DNA of 64,000 nt from Candidatus Woesearchaeota archaeon. Its GTDB lineage: Archaea > Nanobdellota > Nanobdellia > Woesearchaeales > GW2011-AR4. The stretch is from assembly GCA_016181305.1 (NCBI GenBank), contig JACOZN010000010.1, positions 1 through 64,000 of the forward strand. Reading direction: 5' to 3'. The notes beneath the pieces are model-generated. The model ran no database searches. It worked only from the letters and a program-made list of their open reading frames with translations, and was not told the DNA's origin. A program made the translations under genes and the position numbers. Below, piece after piece: positions 54,407 to 63,648 of this stretch (positions are counted from its first letter, which is position 1; each line of letters starts with the position of its first letter).

Positions 54407-54859
54407 ATGTCAAAAAAAACAATACAAGTAGATACTTCTCTTTTCATTAAGGCAGTGGGAGATTGCATTAGAAATAAGATTTTAGAATTTTTTATTGAAG
54501 GTAGAGAATTTGACTACCCTATAAAATATTTGGCAGAAGAAATAGGAGTCAATAGGAATACCCTATATAAGGCAATAGACGAATTATTATCAAGTAAATT
54601 GATAGCTTTTTCAAGAAGAATTGGGTCATCAAAATTTTACAAATTAAATTTATCCGACCCGATTGCTTTGGACTTTGTTAAATTATTTGACAAAATTATC
54701 AATATAGAAATGGAGAAATATATTGAAAGAGAGAAACCCATCTTTGGTAATGATATAAACTTTACATTGATTACTAAAGATTATCCTGAAATGGGCGAAT
54801 CTAACATAAAATATTGTAACATTAAAGAAGGATTGATAGAAATAAGAGAAACGGCTTGA
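54407..54859 (+). CDS. Winged helix-turn-helix DNA-binding protein
   Basis: 'RNKILEFF...YPIKYLAEEIGVNRNTLYKAIDEL...RRIGSSKFYKLN'. Confidence 0.8.
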   Translation: MSKKTIQVDTSLFIKAVGDCIRNKILEFFIEGREFDYPIKYLAEEIGVNRNTLYKAIDELLSSKLIAFSRRIGSSKFYKLNLSDPIALDFVKLFDKIINIEMEKYIEREKPIFGNDINFTLITKDYPEMGESNIKYCNIKEGLIEIRETA

Positions 54860-55185
54860 TGTGTATTGAAATGAAAAAGGAAAAACAGGAAAACAAAAAA
54901 GAAGAAAAGCCAGATATGTTAAGGCCTCAAAACCACGTTAAAATTTATGCAACAAATTCTTTCTTAGGATGTAGCAAACAGGATTTCAGAATAAACCTAT
55001 GTAATGAAAAAATAAGGAATGAAAAAAATACTAAATGGGGGTATATTATAGATGCTACAGTAATCCTCACACCAATGGGTGCGAAGAAAACATTTAACTC
55101 TTTAAAGAAATGCTTAGAAGAGTTTGAAAAGGAGCATGGTAAAATAGATATAGACCAAGAAGAAGACAAAATAAAATTTGATTAA
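54856..55185 (+). CDS. DUF3467-like small protein
   Basis: 'KIYATNSF...DFRINL...ATVILTPMGAKK...LEEFEKEHGKI'. Confidence 0.65.
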   Translation: MMCIEMKKEKQENKKEEKPDMLRPQNHVKIYATNSFLGCSKQDFRINLCNEKIRNEKNTKWGYIIDATVILTPMGAKKTFNSLKKCLEEFEKEHGKIDIDQEEDKIKFD

Positions 55186-55358
55186 TTTTTAAAAATAAAT
55201 TAGAGCTAATGACTTCTGCTTTTAGGAATTACTACAATTTCATAAGACCTCATTCAACTTTAGGAATAACGCCAACACTTAAAGCTGGGATTGGCGTTGA
55301 AATGGAAGGCAACAGATGGATGGCTCTTTTGAAAAAGAGTTTTGATAGCATGGGGTGA
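55182..55358 (+). pseudogene. C-terminal remnant of a DDE (IS6-like) transposase
   Basis: Not in the ORF track. Reads ...AFRNYYNFIRPHSTLGITPTLKAGI...NRWMALL, a typical DDE/integrase C-terminal motif. The N-terminal part is missing. Confidence 0.8.
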
Positions 55359-55363
55359 TTATA

Positions 55364-55879
55364 ATGAATGAACAAGCAGATTACTATCTTAAAAAGGATG
55401 ATTATACTTTCATATTTAAAGATATTTTTGATATAATTAATGATAAACATTTAGAATTAAGAAAAAAATTGCTTACTGGAGAAATTTCCAAAAGTAAGTA
55501 TGATGAGGAATATTCTAAAGGAATTGATATTATTGGAAAAGCGTCAAAGTCGAAAAACACGAAAAAAGAATTTATCAATGAGTATTTAAAGTTTAAATTT
55601 CCTGAAAAAATAGCCAAAGAACAATGGAAGCACGAAAGAGAGCATTATAATAAAATAAAACAGAAAGGAAACAAAGCTGAAATTAGAATTATTTATCTTA
55701 TAATAAGGGAAAATTTACAGAAGGTTGGTTTAATTCCAGTAACTCTGGATTGGAGCTTTGACTCATTAGAAGGGTGGTCATTAGATAAGTTTAGAGAACA
55801 TTCTTTAGAACTTTTAGATGTTAAATCTTTAAGTGATATGGATATAAAACAAAAAGAAGTATTAAGCAACCAACCATAA
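55364..55879 (+). CDS. Hypothetical passenger protein
   Basis: Charged, AT-rich 171-aa ORF whose end overlaps the inner part of the right TIR. Confidence 0.6.
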   Translation: MNEQADYYLKKDDYTFIFKDIFDIINDKHLELRKKLLTGEISKSKYDEEYSKGIDIIGKASKSKNTKKEFINEYLKFKFPEKIAKEQWKHEREHYNKIKQKGNKAEIRIIYLIIRENLQKVGLIPVTLDWSFDSLEGWSLDKFREHSLELLDVKSLSDMDIKQKEVLSNQP

Positions 55880-55971
55880 TGCAACAAAAAGGCAAAAAAT
55901 GACAAAACAACCGCTTACGCACCAGAACCGCAAATGAAAAATTTTATAAACCGACCTGATTACTTCGGGCT

Positions 55972-56832
55972 ATGGCAAAAATAACAATTGTGGTGCCTGT
56001 TTTCAACGAGGAAGAGGCGATAAAGAGCGCTATAGATGATGTAAAGAATTCGCTGAAGGGCCTCAAGGATGATTTTGAGATAACAGCAGTGAATGACGGA
56101 TCAACAGACGGCACAGGAAAAATACTGCATTCCATAAAAGGCATAAAAATCATCGAGAACAGCGAAAACAAAGGCTATGGGTCCTGCCTCAAGCGCGCCA
56201 TAAGGGAGTCAAATTCAGACTATATTCTCATAATAGACGGGGACGGCACCTACCCGGCAGGCAAAATACCGGAGCTTGCAGGAAAGTCAAGGCAGAATGA
56301 CATGGTTGTCGGCGCAAGGACAGGCAAATACGTGAAAATGCCTTTTTTCAGGAAGCCTGCAAAATGGCTTCTGAAGCACTTTGCCCAGTACCTGACAAAG
56401 ACAAAAATACCGGACTTGAACTCAGGGATGAGAATATTCAGGAGGGAGATTGCAGCGAGGTACATGAACTTGTTTCCGGACGGGTTTTCGTTCACGACAA
56501 CCCTTACAATGATTTGCCTTACAAACGGGTTAAAGGTCGAGTACGTGCCGATAAACTACTACGATAGAAAAGGCAAGTCAACAATCCACCCAATCAGGGA
56601 TTTCATCGGCTTCAGCAACCTCATATTCAGGCTTACAATTTTCTTCAAGCCGCTGAATGTCTTTATCCCAATCAGCGCTGTTTTATTTCTGGGAGGCGTT
56701 GCAAAGCTTACAAGGGACTTCATCCTGCTCAACCAGTTCGGGCTTGGGGGGGCGCTGCTCATACTAACCTCTATCCAGATTGCATTTTTGGGCATACTGG
56801 CTGAATTGGTGATTAAAAGGACATCTGTTTGA
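55972..56832 (+). CDS. GT2 glycosyltransferase with C-terminal TM helices
   Basis: 'VPVFNEEE', 'NDGSTDGT', 'NKGYG', 'DGDGTYP', 'DLNSGMR', 'GFSFTTT'. Confidence 0.9.
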   Translation: MAKITIVVPVFNEEEAIKSAIDDVKNSLKGLKDDFEITAVNDGSTDGTGKILHSIKGIKIIENSENKGYGSCLKRAIRESNSDYILIIDGDGTYPAGKIPELAGKSRQNDMVVGARTGKYVKMPFFRKPAKWLLKHFAQYLTKTKIPDLNSGMRIFRREIAARYMNLFPDGFSFTTTLTMICLTNGLKVEYVPINYYDRKGKSTIHPIRDFIGFSNLIFRLTIFFKPLNVFIPISAVLFLGGVAKLTRDFILLNQFGLGGALLILTSIQIAFLGILAELVIKRTSV

Positions 56833-56838
56833 ATTAAA

Positions 56839-58722
56839 ATGTGCGGCATCTGCGGCTTTAATTTCGAAGACAAAAGGCTTCTGAAAAGCATGGCTGATGA
56901 AATAAGGCACCGGGGCCCAAATGCAGCAGGCTATTTTACCAGTAAAAATGTATCGCTCGGCAGCAGAAGGCTGAGCATAATTGACCTGTCAAAGGCAGGC
57001 AACCAGCCAATCTACAATGAAGACAAGTCCATTGCCCTTGTCTACAACGGGGAGATTTTTAATTTCATTGGGATAAGGGAGGATTTGGGAAAAAAACACC
57101 GATTTATATCAAATACAGATTCTGAAGTCGTAGTGCACGCGTATGAGGAGTACGGCATTGACTGCCTGAGCCATTTCAACGGATTCTGGGGATTTGCATT
57201 GTACGATAGCAAAAGGAAAATTCTTTTTCTTGCAAGGGACAGGCTTGGCATAAAGCCATTGTATTATTACTATGACGGAAAGAAGCTTGTTTTTGCGTCT
57301 GAAATTAAGGCTATATTAAAGGATCCCGGCATCAAAAGAAAAGTCAATTACAAAGCGCTCAGCGACTTCATTACATACAGGTATATTCCGTCTGATTTGA
57401 CAATATTCGACGGCATAAAAAAGCTGAAGCCCGGGCATTATGCATTGCTTGACCTGAAAACCGGAAAGCTGAAGGTTGAAAAGTACTGGGATGTTCCATT
57501 AAAAACCAAAAGCAGGGGCAAAGCTATTGTTGAGAAGGACATCATAAGCCTCTTAAGGGACTCTGTGGAAAAAAGGCTGATAAGCGATGTCCCTCTTGGA
57601 GTTTACCTAAGCGGAGGCATAGACTCTTCAAGCATAGTTGCCATGATGAAATATTTTACTAACGAGATAAGCACCTTCTCGCTTGCATTCGAGCATGACA
57701 AGATAGGCAATGAGCTGGGCTATGCCAAGAAAGTTGCAGAGCATTTCGGAACAAGGCACAAAGAAATTACAATAAGCACGAACATTGTGAAAGACTTGCC
57801 GAAGATTGTGTGGCACCTTGACGAGCCTATGGCAGACCCTGCTGCTGTGCCGGTCTACTATCTGTCGAAAGAGGCGAAAAAGAGCGTGACTGTGATACTG
57901 ACCGGGGACGGCGCTGACGAGCTTTTTGCAGGCTATGACCAGTACAAATTTCTGGCTTTGGGGCATAAGATGAGGTTTTTGCCGCATCCGATCAAGAAAA
58001 TGCTGCCAGCATCTGCAAAGATGATTCCAAAATCCATGCTGGACAAAATCTACAGGTATTCGTCTGCAACAGGCGAGCAGATGTTTGGCAGGATGGGCAG
58101 GATGCTGCTGAGCATCAAAACCAACAAGGCAAAAGCCTATGCAGAGGTGGTTGGTGTTTTTGACGATGATGAAAAAAAAGAACTGCTTAATTTTGATTTT
58201 AGAGATAATTACAATGCAATAAACAGGGGGTTCTTCTCCAAAGGTGATTTTTTAACACAGCTGGCCTATTATGACGTGAAGAATTACCTGGCAGAGGACC
58301 TGCTTATGAAGCCTGACAAGATGTGCATGGCGCACAGCATAGAGGCAAGAGTCCCTTACCTTGACTACAGGCTTGTTGAGTATTCTTTCAGCATACCTTC
58401 CAGTTTAAAGCTCAGGAACAGCAAGACAAAATACATACTGAAAAGTGCGCTGAAAAATTATCTTCCAAAAGATATTATTTACAGGAAAAAGCAGCCGTTC
58501 CAGATGCCACTGGATGAATGGTTTTCAAAAGAACTGAAGAGCTATTTTTTAGACTTGCTTGAAGAGCCAATAAATTCAAAGCTGTTCAACAAAAGATACA
58601 TCAAGAAGGTATTTGACAATTATGAAAGCTCAAAGCTCTATTACGGAAGGCAGCTGTGGAGCCTTGGGATGTTTAACCTTTGGCATAAGATTTTTATTGA
58701 TGGGGAGAAAATCAACGCTTAA
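56839..58722 (+). CDS. asnB: Asparagine synthase (glutamine-hydrolysing) family amidotransferase
   Basis: N-terminal 'MCGICG', 'HRGP', 'NGEIFN', 'LSGGIDSS', 'GDGADELFAGY', 'SIEARVPYLD'. Confidence 0.93.
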   Translation: MCGICGFNFEDKRLLKSMADEIRHRGPNAAGYFTSKNVSLGSRRLSIIDLSKAGNQPIYNEDKSIALVYNGEIFNFIGIREDLGKKHRFISNTDSEVVVHAYEEYGIDCLSHFNGFWGFALYDSKRKILFLARDRLGIKPLYYYYDGKKLVFASEIKAILKDPGIKRKVNYKALSDFITYRYIPSDLTIFDGIKKLKPGHYALLDLKTGKLKVEKYWDVPLKTKSRGKAIVEKDIISLLRDSVEKRLISDVPLGVYLSGGIDSSSIVAMMKYFTNEISTFSLAFEHDKIGNELGYAKKVAEHFGTRHKEITISTNIVKDLPKIVWHLDEPMADPAAVPVYYLSKEAKKSVTVILTGDGADELFAGYDQYKFLALGHKMRFLPHPIKKMLPASAKMIPKSMLDKIYRYSSATGEQMFGRMGRMLLSIKTNKAKAYAEVVGVFDDDEKKELLNFDFRDNYNAINRGFFSKGDFLTQLAYYDVKNYLAEDLLMKPDKMCMAHSIEARVPYLDYRLVEYSFSIPSSLKLRNSKTKYILKSALKNYLPKDIIYRKKQPFQMPLDEWFSKELKSYFLDLLEEPINSKLFNKRYIKKVFDNYESSKLYYGRQLWSLGMFNLWHKIFIDGEKINA

Positions 58723-59659
58723 ACCTGTTTTCCATGTACCACTCGCACAATATCCTGAGCCCCTCCTCAACTTTTGTTTTTGGGCTGTAGCCGAGAAGCT
58801 TTTTTGCCTTTGAAATGTCTGCATAGGTTTGCTTGACATCACCGGGCTGCATTTTTTCCTTTACAATCTTTGCTTTTTTGCCGAGGTTTTTCTCGATTAT
58901 GCCTATGAATTCCCTCAGCTCCACAGGATTTCCGCAGCCCAGGTTTATAATTTCATATTGGGCATCCAAATCCATGCTTTTCATGATTCCGGAAACAACA
59001 TCCGCTATGAAAGTGTAGTCCCTTCTTGTTGAGCCGTCGCCGTACATTTCTATCTGCCTGCCGTTGGCAATGCTGTCAACAAACTTGTAAGGAGCCATGT
59101 CAGACCTGCCGCAAGGCCCGTAAACTGTGAACAGCCTAAGGCACACGCTTGGAATCCTGTAAAGCGAGCTGTATGTGCAGCACAACAGCTCCCCTGCTTT
59201 TTTTGTAGCAGCATAAGGGGATATCGGGGAATTTGTAATGTCATCTTCAGAAAACGGCACTTTGTCCCTGTTGCCGTATACGCTTGAGCTTGATGCAAAA
59301 ACAAATTTTTTAATTTTATTATGCCTCGCAAGCTCCAGCAGGTTCAGGGTGCCCCTCACATTGACTTCCTCGTAAATGAAAGGGTTCTGTATGCTTGGCC
59401 TTACGCCAACCATGGCAGCAAGATGTACTATCTTGTCAATCTTGTTCTCGGAAAATATCTTCTGCAGGCCTGCAAAATTCCTTATGTCCTCCCTGTAAAG
59501 CCTGACTTTAACATCCTTTATGTTCTGCTCCTTGAATTCGGGATTGTAATAATCGTTGAAGTTGTCCACTCCGACAACGCTGTGCCCCTGTCTGACAAGC
59601 TCTTTTGAAGCCCGGCTGCCTACGAATCCTGCTGCCCCTGTAACCAGTATTGCGCTCAT
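58712..59659 (-). CDS. NAD-dependent epimerase (UDP-glucuronate 4-epimerase-like)
   Basis: 'LVTGAAGFVG', 'HLAAMVGVRPS', 'SSSSVYG', 'SPYAATK', 'FTVYGP.GRSDMA', 'QPGDV..TYAD'. Confidence 0.9.
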   Translation of the reverse strand: MSAILVTGAAGFVGSRASKELVRQGHSVVGVDNFNDYYNPEFKEQNIKDVKVRLYREDIRNFAGLQKIFSENKIDKIVHLAAMVGVRPSIQNPFIYEEVNVRGTLNLLELARHNKIKKFVFASSSSVYGNRDKVPFSEDDITNSPISPYAATKKAGELLCCTYSSLYRIPSVCLRLFTVYGPCGRSDMAPYKFVDSIANGRQIEMYGDGSTRRDYTFIADVVSGIMKSMDLDAQYEIINLGCGNPVELREFIGIIEKNLGKKAKIVKEKMQPGDVKQTYADISKAKKLLGYSPKTKVEEGLRILCEWYMENRFKR

Positions 59660-61164
59660 TTTCTTTTGTAGATTACGACATTAGTTTCGTTGTTTTCATA
59701 AACCTTTTGGAAATAAGGCAGGTAGTAAGCCATTGCGTCCTTTTTTATCGGACTGTGGACTTTGCTGTTGATGTCCAGAATATAGCCTATTTTTTCCATG
59801 GGGGGCTCAAGGCTTGGCACAAGGTTGTAGCCTGTGCCTCTTGCAGGAAATGACTGCCTTCCAATCCTGTAGCCAAGGCACTGCCCGGGAACAATAAACA
59901 ATGCGTTCTTGCCAGTGTTTTCCTCAACCCACTCAAAATCCTTGTCAAGATTTTTCCATTGATGGGTTATTACTGCGGATTTGACGGCCTCTGAAACAGA
60001 AAATACAAAAATGAATAAAACCAGAAAAGCAACTGCAATTGTCTTATTCAGCTTGAGCAGCCTCTTGATTCCGAATGCCCACAAAATGCCGAGAAACGGC
60101 ACAGCTGTGAGCATGTACCTTGTTGATGTGTTGCCGTAATTGAACTGGTAAAAGTAGAGGAAGAACAGGTAGGGCAGCACAACCCAGAGCGCAAGCCGGA
60201 AATTTTTATTTCTGAAGCACTTCTTTTTGAAAATGAATAAAAGCGGCACCAAGGATATGATTGTAAAAACAACCCACAGGGCTATCCCGGTACTGAACAG
60301 ATTATTTCTGAACAAAAACAGATTTTCGTATTTTCCATCCGGGACTCCAAACAATGCAAGATGAACCTCTATGTAAGCGTCCTGCACATTAAGCATGTAA
60401 GCAAGCTTGTCGGGCTTGAAGTCGTGGGCTGACTTGTAATAGCCGCCAAAAAAGGAATTGAGAAACGGCCAGACCGGGTTGTGCAGCAGCGTGTAATTTC
60501 TTGCATACCATGGAGATGCAACCAAAAATCCTATCATGAAAAAAACGAGAAATTTGCCAAAAAAATTTTTCCTGTATTTTCTGAAGATAAGGTAGGCAAG
60601 GGCAGGCGCCATGAACAAGGAGTTTATCCTGCCAAGCAATGAAAGCCCGAATGCAATGGACGAGAAGTAAAACCTGCCAATAAGCAAAAGGTAAAAGCTA
60701 AGCAAGGCGAAAAACGCGCCTGCCATGTCTATGTGCGCTGTTGTCGAGTGGTAGGTGCTCAAAGGCAGGAATGATGTGAATATTACTGCAAGCAACGCTG
60801 TGTATTTGTCAAAAAGCCTTCTTGAAATCAGGAATGCAAGCACGACCATGCCGCTCCCGAACAAAGGGCTCACCATGCCTATCCCAAGGCTGCCTTTGCC
60901 GAATATCCCGAATAAATTGTAGAGAACTGCCCCTGCAACATGGAACAACGGCTCATGCGCAAATATCTCCCTCCCGATGTAGTCAAAAAGCGGGAACCTC
61001 AGATTCTTGGCGAGGAAGCTTGCCGCAGAGGCGTGGTAGCAGGGATCGCCGCCCTCGATTGTGTAGGAAGCGATGGCAAACCTCAGGATAACGGCAAAAA
61101 TGATTATGGATATAGTTAATTTCGAAATGAAATCTTGCTCTCTGAAATTTTTTATTATATTCAT
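59656..61164 (-). CDS. GT-C fold membrane glycosyltransferase (ArnT/PMT-like)
   Basis: 'GGDPCYH', 'HEPLFH', 'HIDM', 'SPWYARNY..HNPVWP', 'WVEENT'. Confidence 0.8.
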   Translation of the reverse strand: MNIIKNFREQDFISKLTISIIIFAVILRFAIASYTIEGGDPCYHASAASFLAKNLRFPLFDYIGREIFAHEPLFHVAGAVLYNLFGIFGKGSLGIGMVSPLFGSGMVVLAFLISRRLFDKYTALLAVIFTSFLPLSTYHSTTAHIDMAGAFFALLSFYLLLIGRFYFSSIAFGLSLLGRINSLFMAPALAYLIFRKYRKNFFGKFLVFFMIGFLVASPWYARNYTLLHNPVWPFLNSFFGGYYKSAHDFKPDKLAYMLNVQDAYIEVHLALFGVPDGKYENLFLFRNNLFSTGIALWVVFTIISLVPLLFIFKKKCFRNKNFRLALWVVLPYLFFLYFYQFNYGNTSTRYMLTAVPFLGILWAFGIKRLLKLNKTIAVAFLVLFIFVFSVSEAVKSAVITHQWKNLDKDFEWVEENTGKNALFIVPGQCLGYRIGRQSFPARGTGYNLVPSLEPPMEKIGYILDINSKVHSPIKKDAMAYYLPYFQKVYENNETNVVIYKRK

Positions 61165-61239
61165 CTATCCTCGGCATTGGCGCATGTTTTATAATGTTTT
61201 CGGAAACATTTAAATAGTAAACTCTATACTTTTCGGCTG

Positions 61240-62298
61240 ATGAAGAGGATAAAGGTTGTTGTGTGGGACGGCGACAACACGCTCTGGAACGGGACTGTTT
61301 TCTATAAGGACAAGGAGAATGTAAGCCTGAAGCCCGGCACAAAAGAGGCTTTGAAGGAGCTTGACAAAAGAGGCATAAAAAGCACGATATGCAGCAAAAA
61401 TTATTATGAGGACGTTGAGTCGATTCTTAAAAAATTTGAGATTGCAAAATATTTCCAGCACCCCCAAATTGGGTGGGGGCTGAAATCAGACGCGATAAAG
61501 AATCTCGCAGGAACGTTCAATGCGCAGTTTGACGAGATGATCTTTGTCGACGATGACCCGTTCCAGCGCGCAGAGGTTGCATCGCAAATACCGGGCATAA
61601 ACATAGTGCCGATTGACGACCCGATAGACATACTCGGACTGGAGGGGGTCATGCCCCTGAATGCAAGCGAAGAGGACAGGAAAAGGGTGCAGCTACTGAA
61701 AGAGCAGAGGAACAGGGAGGAGGCTGAAAAAAATTTCAAAGGGGATTACAGGGATTTCCTGAAGCAGTGCAGCATGGTCATGACCGTTAGGCCGATAGAA
61801 GAGGAAGACTGGACAAGGGTAACCCAGTTGCTGAACAGGACAAACGAATTGAATGCGACGGCAAACAGGTACACCCTGGAGCAGCTAAAGGGGTCTTATG
61901 AAAAAAATAACGATGTCATAATGGTTGTTGAATTAAAGGACGTGTTTGGGGACTACGGAATCATTGCAGAGACTATACTGGAAAACAGGGATTACGGGTG
62001 GTTTGTAAGGGACTTGGCGGTTTCGTGTAGAACAATGGGCAGGGGCATTGGAAGCGCATTGGTTGTTGCTGTGCTGAACTATGCAAAGGAAAACGGCATC
62101 AAAAAAGTTGTCGGGAGGCTTGTCGAAACAGAGTCAAACTGGCGCATCAGGCCGCTTTACGAAAAGCGCAATTTCAGGAAAATCTCGTCTGACGACAAGG
62201 CAACATCGTATGAGTTTGACCTGTACAAAGACGAGATGCCCGAGTACCCCCCGTGGATGAAGGTTAATTTCCTTATGAAAGAGATTGCGAAGGAATAG
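61240..62298 (+). CDS. FkbH-like HAD-IIIC protein with C-terminal GNAT-like domain
   Basis: 'VVVWDGDNTLWNG', 'FVDDDPFQRAEV', 'RVTQLLNRTNELN', 'DVFGDYGII', 'SCRTMGRGIG'. Confidence 0.88.
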   Translation: MKRIKVVVWDGDNTLWNGTVFYKDKENVSLKPGTKEALKELDKRGIKSTICSKNYYEDVESILKKFEIAKYFQHPQIGWGLKSDAIKNLAGTFNAQFDEMIFVDDDPFQRAEVASQIPGINIVPIDDPIDILGLEGVMPLNASEEDRKRVQLLKEQRNREEAEKNFKGDYRDFLKQCSMVMTVRPIEEEDWTRVTQLLNRTNELNATANRYTLEQLKGSYEKNNDVIMVVELKDVFGDYGIIAETILENRDYGWFVRDLAVSCRTMGRGIGSALVVAVLNYAKENGIKKVVGRLVETESNWRIRPLYEKRNFRKISSDDKATSYEFDLYKDEMPEYPPWMKVNFLMKEIAKE

Positions 62299-62503
62299 TT
62301 TTGTTTTTTATTCTATTATTTTAATTTTTATTTGGGTATCGCGCACCTCACATTGATGCAAATAAGCTTGTAAAAATTAGTTTATACAATTGAAAATATG
62401 CCAAAAAACAAGAGATAGTATTATTTGATAGTATTATTTATTTTCTATATTGTAAATTACTCTAAAATCCGATTTATTTTCCATATTGTTTTCAATATTG
62501 AAG

Positions 62504-63598
62504 TTAATTTAACTTGCTTGTAAGAACCTTAAAAATCCTTTCTGCTGCTTTGCCGTCCCAAAACTGCGGTATTTTGGCTTTAACGGCATCTCCTTTGATA
62601 AGCCTTTGGCATACCCTGGTAATTTTTGCCTTATCTGTGCTTACTACCATGTTAGTGCCTTGGCTTATGGTCACGGGCCTTTCCGTGTTGTTCCTTAAAG
62701 TCACGCAGGGCACTCCAAGAACAGTAGTTTCTTCCTGAATGCCTCCTGAGTCAGTAAGCACAAACCTGCTGCCTGACATGAGGCACAAAAAGTCAAGATA
62801 ACCCAATGGCTTTGTTATTATGAGATTATCGATGCTTCTGATTCTTTTGTCCAGCCCAAATGACTCCAGGTTTTTTTTTGTCCTTGGATGCAAAGGAAAT
62901 ACTATTTTTATTTTTGCGCCTATGGCTTCCAGAATATCCAGTATGTTTTCAAAGGACTTCCTATTATCTACATTGCTTGGCCTGTGCAGGGTTAAAACAC
63001 AATAACCTTTTTTACGCAGCTTTAACTGCCCAAGTATTTTGGATTTTTCAGCTTTTTTCCTGTGGCTCAGTAAAGTGTCAATCATCACATTGCCGACAAA
63101 AAAGATTTTGTCCCTGCTTATGCCTTCATTTAAAAGGTTTTTATTCGCGCTTTTTTCAGTTGTAAACAAAAAATCGCTTATTTTGTCCGTGCGTATGCGG
63201 TTGATTTCCTCGGGCATGGTGTTGTCAAAGCTCCTTAATCCTGCCTCAACATGCGCAACCTTAATGCCCAATTCATGCGCTGCCTCTGCCCCGGCAACTG
63301 TTGAATTTACATCCCCCACAACAATAACTAAGTCGGGCTTTTGCCTTTCAAGCGCAACTTTGATTATTTTTTTAAGAAAGCTTCTTTGCTCATCCACTCC
63401 AATGCCCGTTTGGCAGACTAAGTGTTCATCCGGTTTTGGCAATCCAAGCTCCTCAAAAAAAAGCCTGCTCATGGAAAAATCATAGTGCTGCCCGGTATGA
63501 ATCAAAACATGCCCTATTTTATGCCTCTTGAACTCAGTAACCAGCGGAGCTATCTTCATAAAATTCGGCCTTGTGCCGACAATGCTTGCAATTTTCAT
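62504..63598 (-). CDS. wecB: UDP-N-acetylglucosamine 2-epimerase (non-hydrolysing)
   Basis: 'GTRPNFMK', 'HTGQHYD', 'VGDVNST', 'HVEAGLRS', 'PEEINR', 'TDSGGIQEE'. True start is probably 63598, not 63892. Confidence 0.93.
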   Translation of the reverse strand: MKIASIVGTRPNFMKIAPLVTEFKRHKIGHVLIHTGQHYDFSMSRLFFEELGLPKPDEHLVCQTGIGVDEQRSFLKKIIKVALERQKPDLVIVVGDVNSTVAGAEAAHELGIKVAHVEAGLRSFDNTMPEEINRIRTDKISDFLFTTEKSANKNLLNEGISRDKIFFVGNVMIDTLLSHRKKAEKSKILGQLKLRKKGYCVLTLHRPSNVDNRKSFENILDILEAIGAKIKIVFPLHPRTKKNLESFGLDKRIRSIDNLIITKPLGYLDFLCLMSGSRFVLTDSGGIQEETTVLGVPCVTLRNNTERPVTISQGTNMVVSTDKAKITRVCQRLIKGDAVKAKIPQFWDGKAAERIFKVLTSKLN

Positions 63599-63648
63599 CG
63601 GGAAAAGCAACCCAAATATATTTAAATAGTTTCCTATTGCAGGATAGC

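Larger units (their letters stand above)
53970..55929. mobile_element. IS6-like non-autonomous transposon (1960 bp) with passenger genes
   Basis: TIR GGTTCTGGTGCGT (53970-82)/ACGCACCAGAACC (55917-29), extending imperfectly to about 60 bp. Perfect 8-bp target duplication GCAAATGA (53962-69 and 55930-37). AT-rich interior. Transposase remnant. Confidence 0.88.

Noticed and set aside
62414-62439. 13-bp tandem repeat GATAGTATTATTT in an AT-rich intergenic gap
   Set aside because: Two units only, no associated ORF or structure; likely slippage.
552-63625. Numerous short ORFs (60-220 aa) antisense to or nested in long genes in the ORF track
   Set aside because: Shadow frames of well-supported genes with no recognisable motifs, RBS or promoters.
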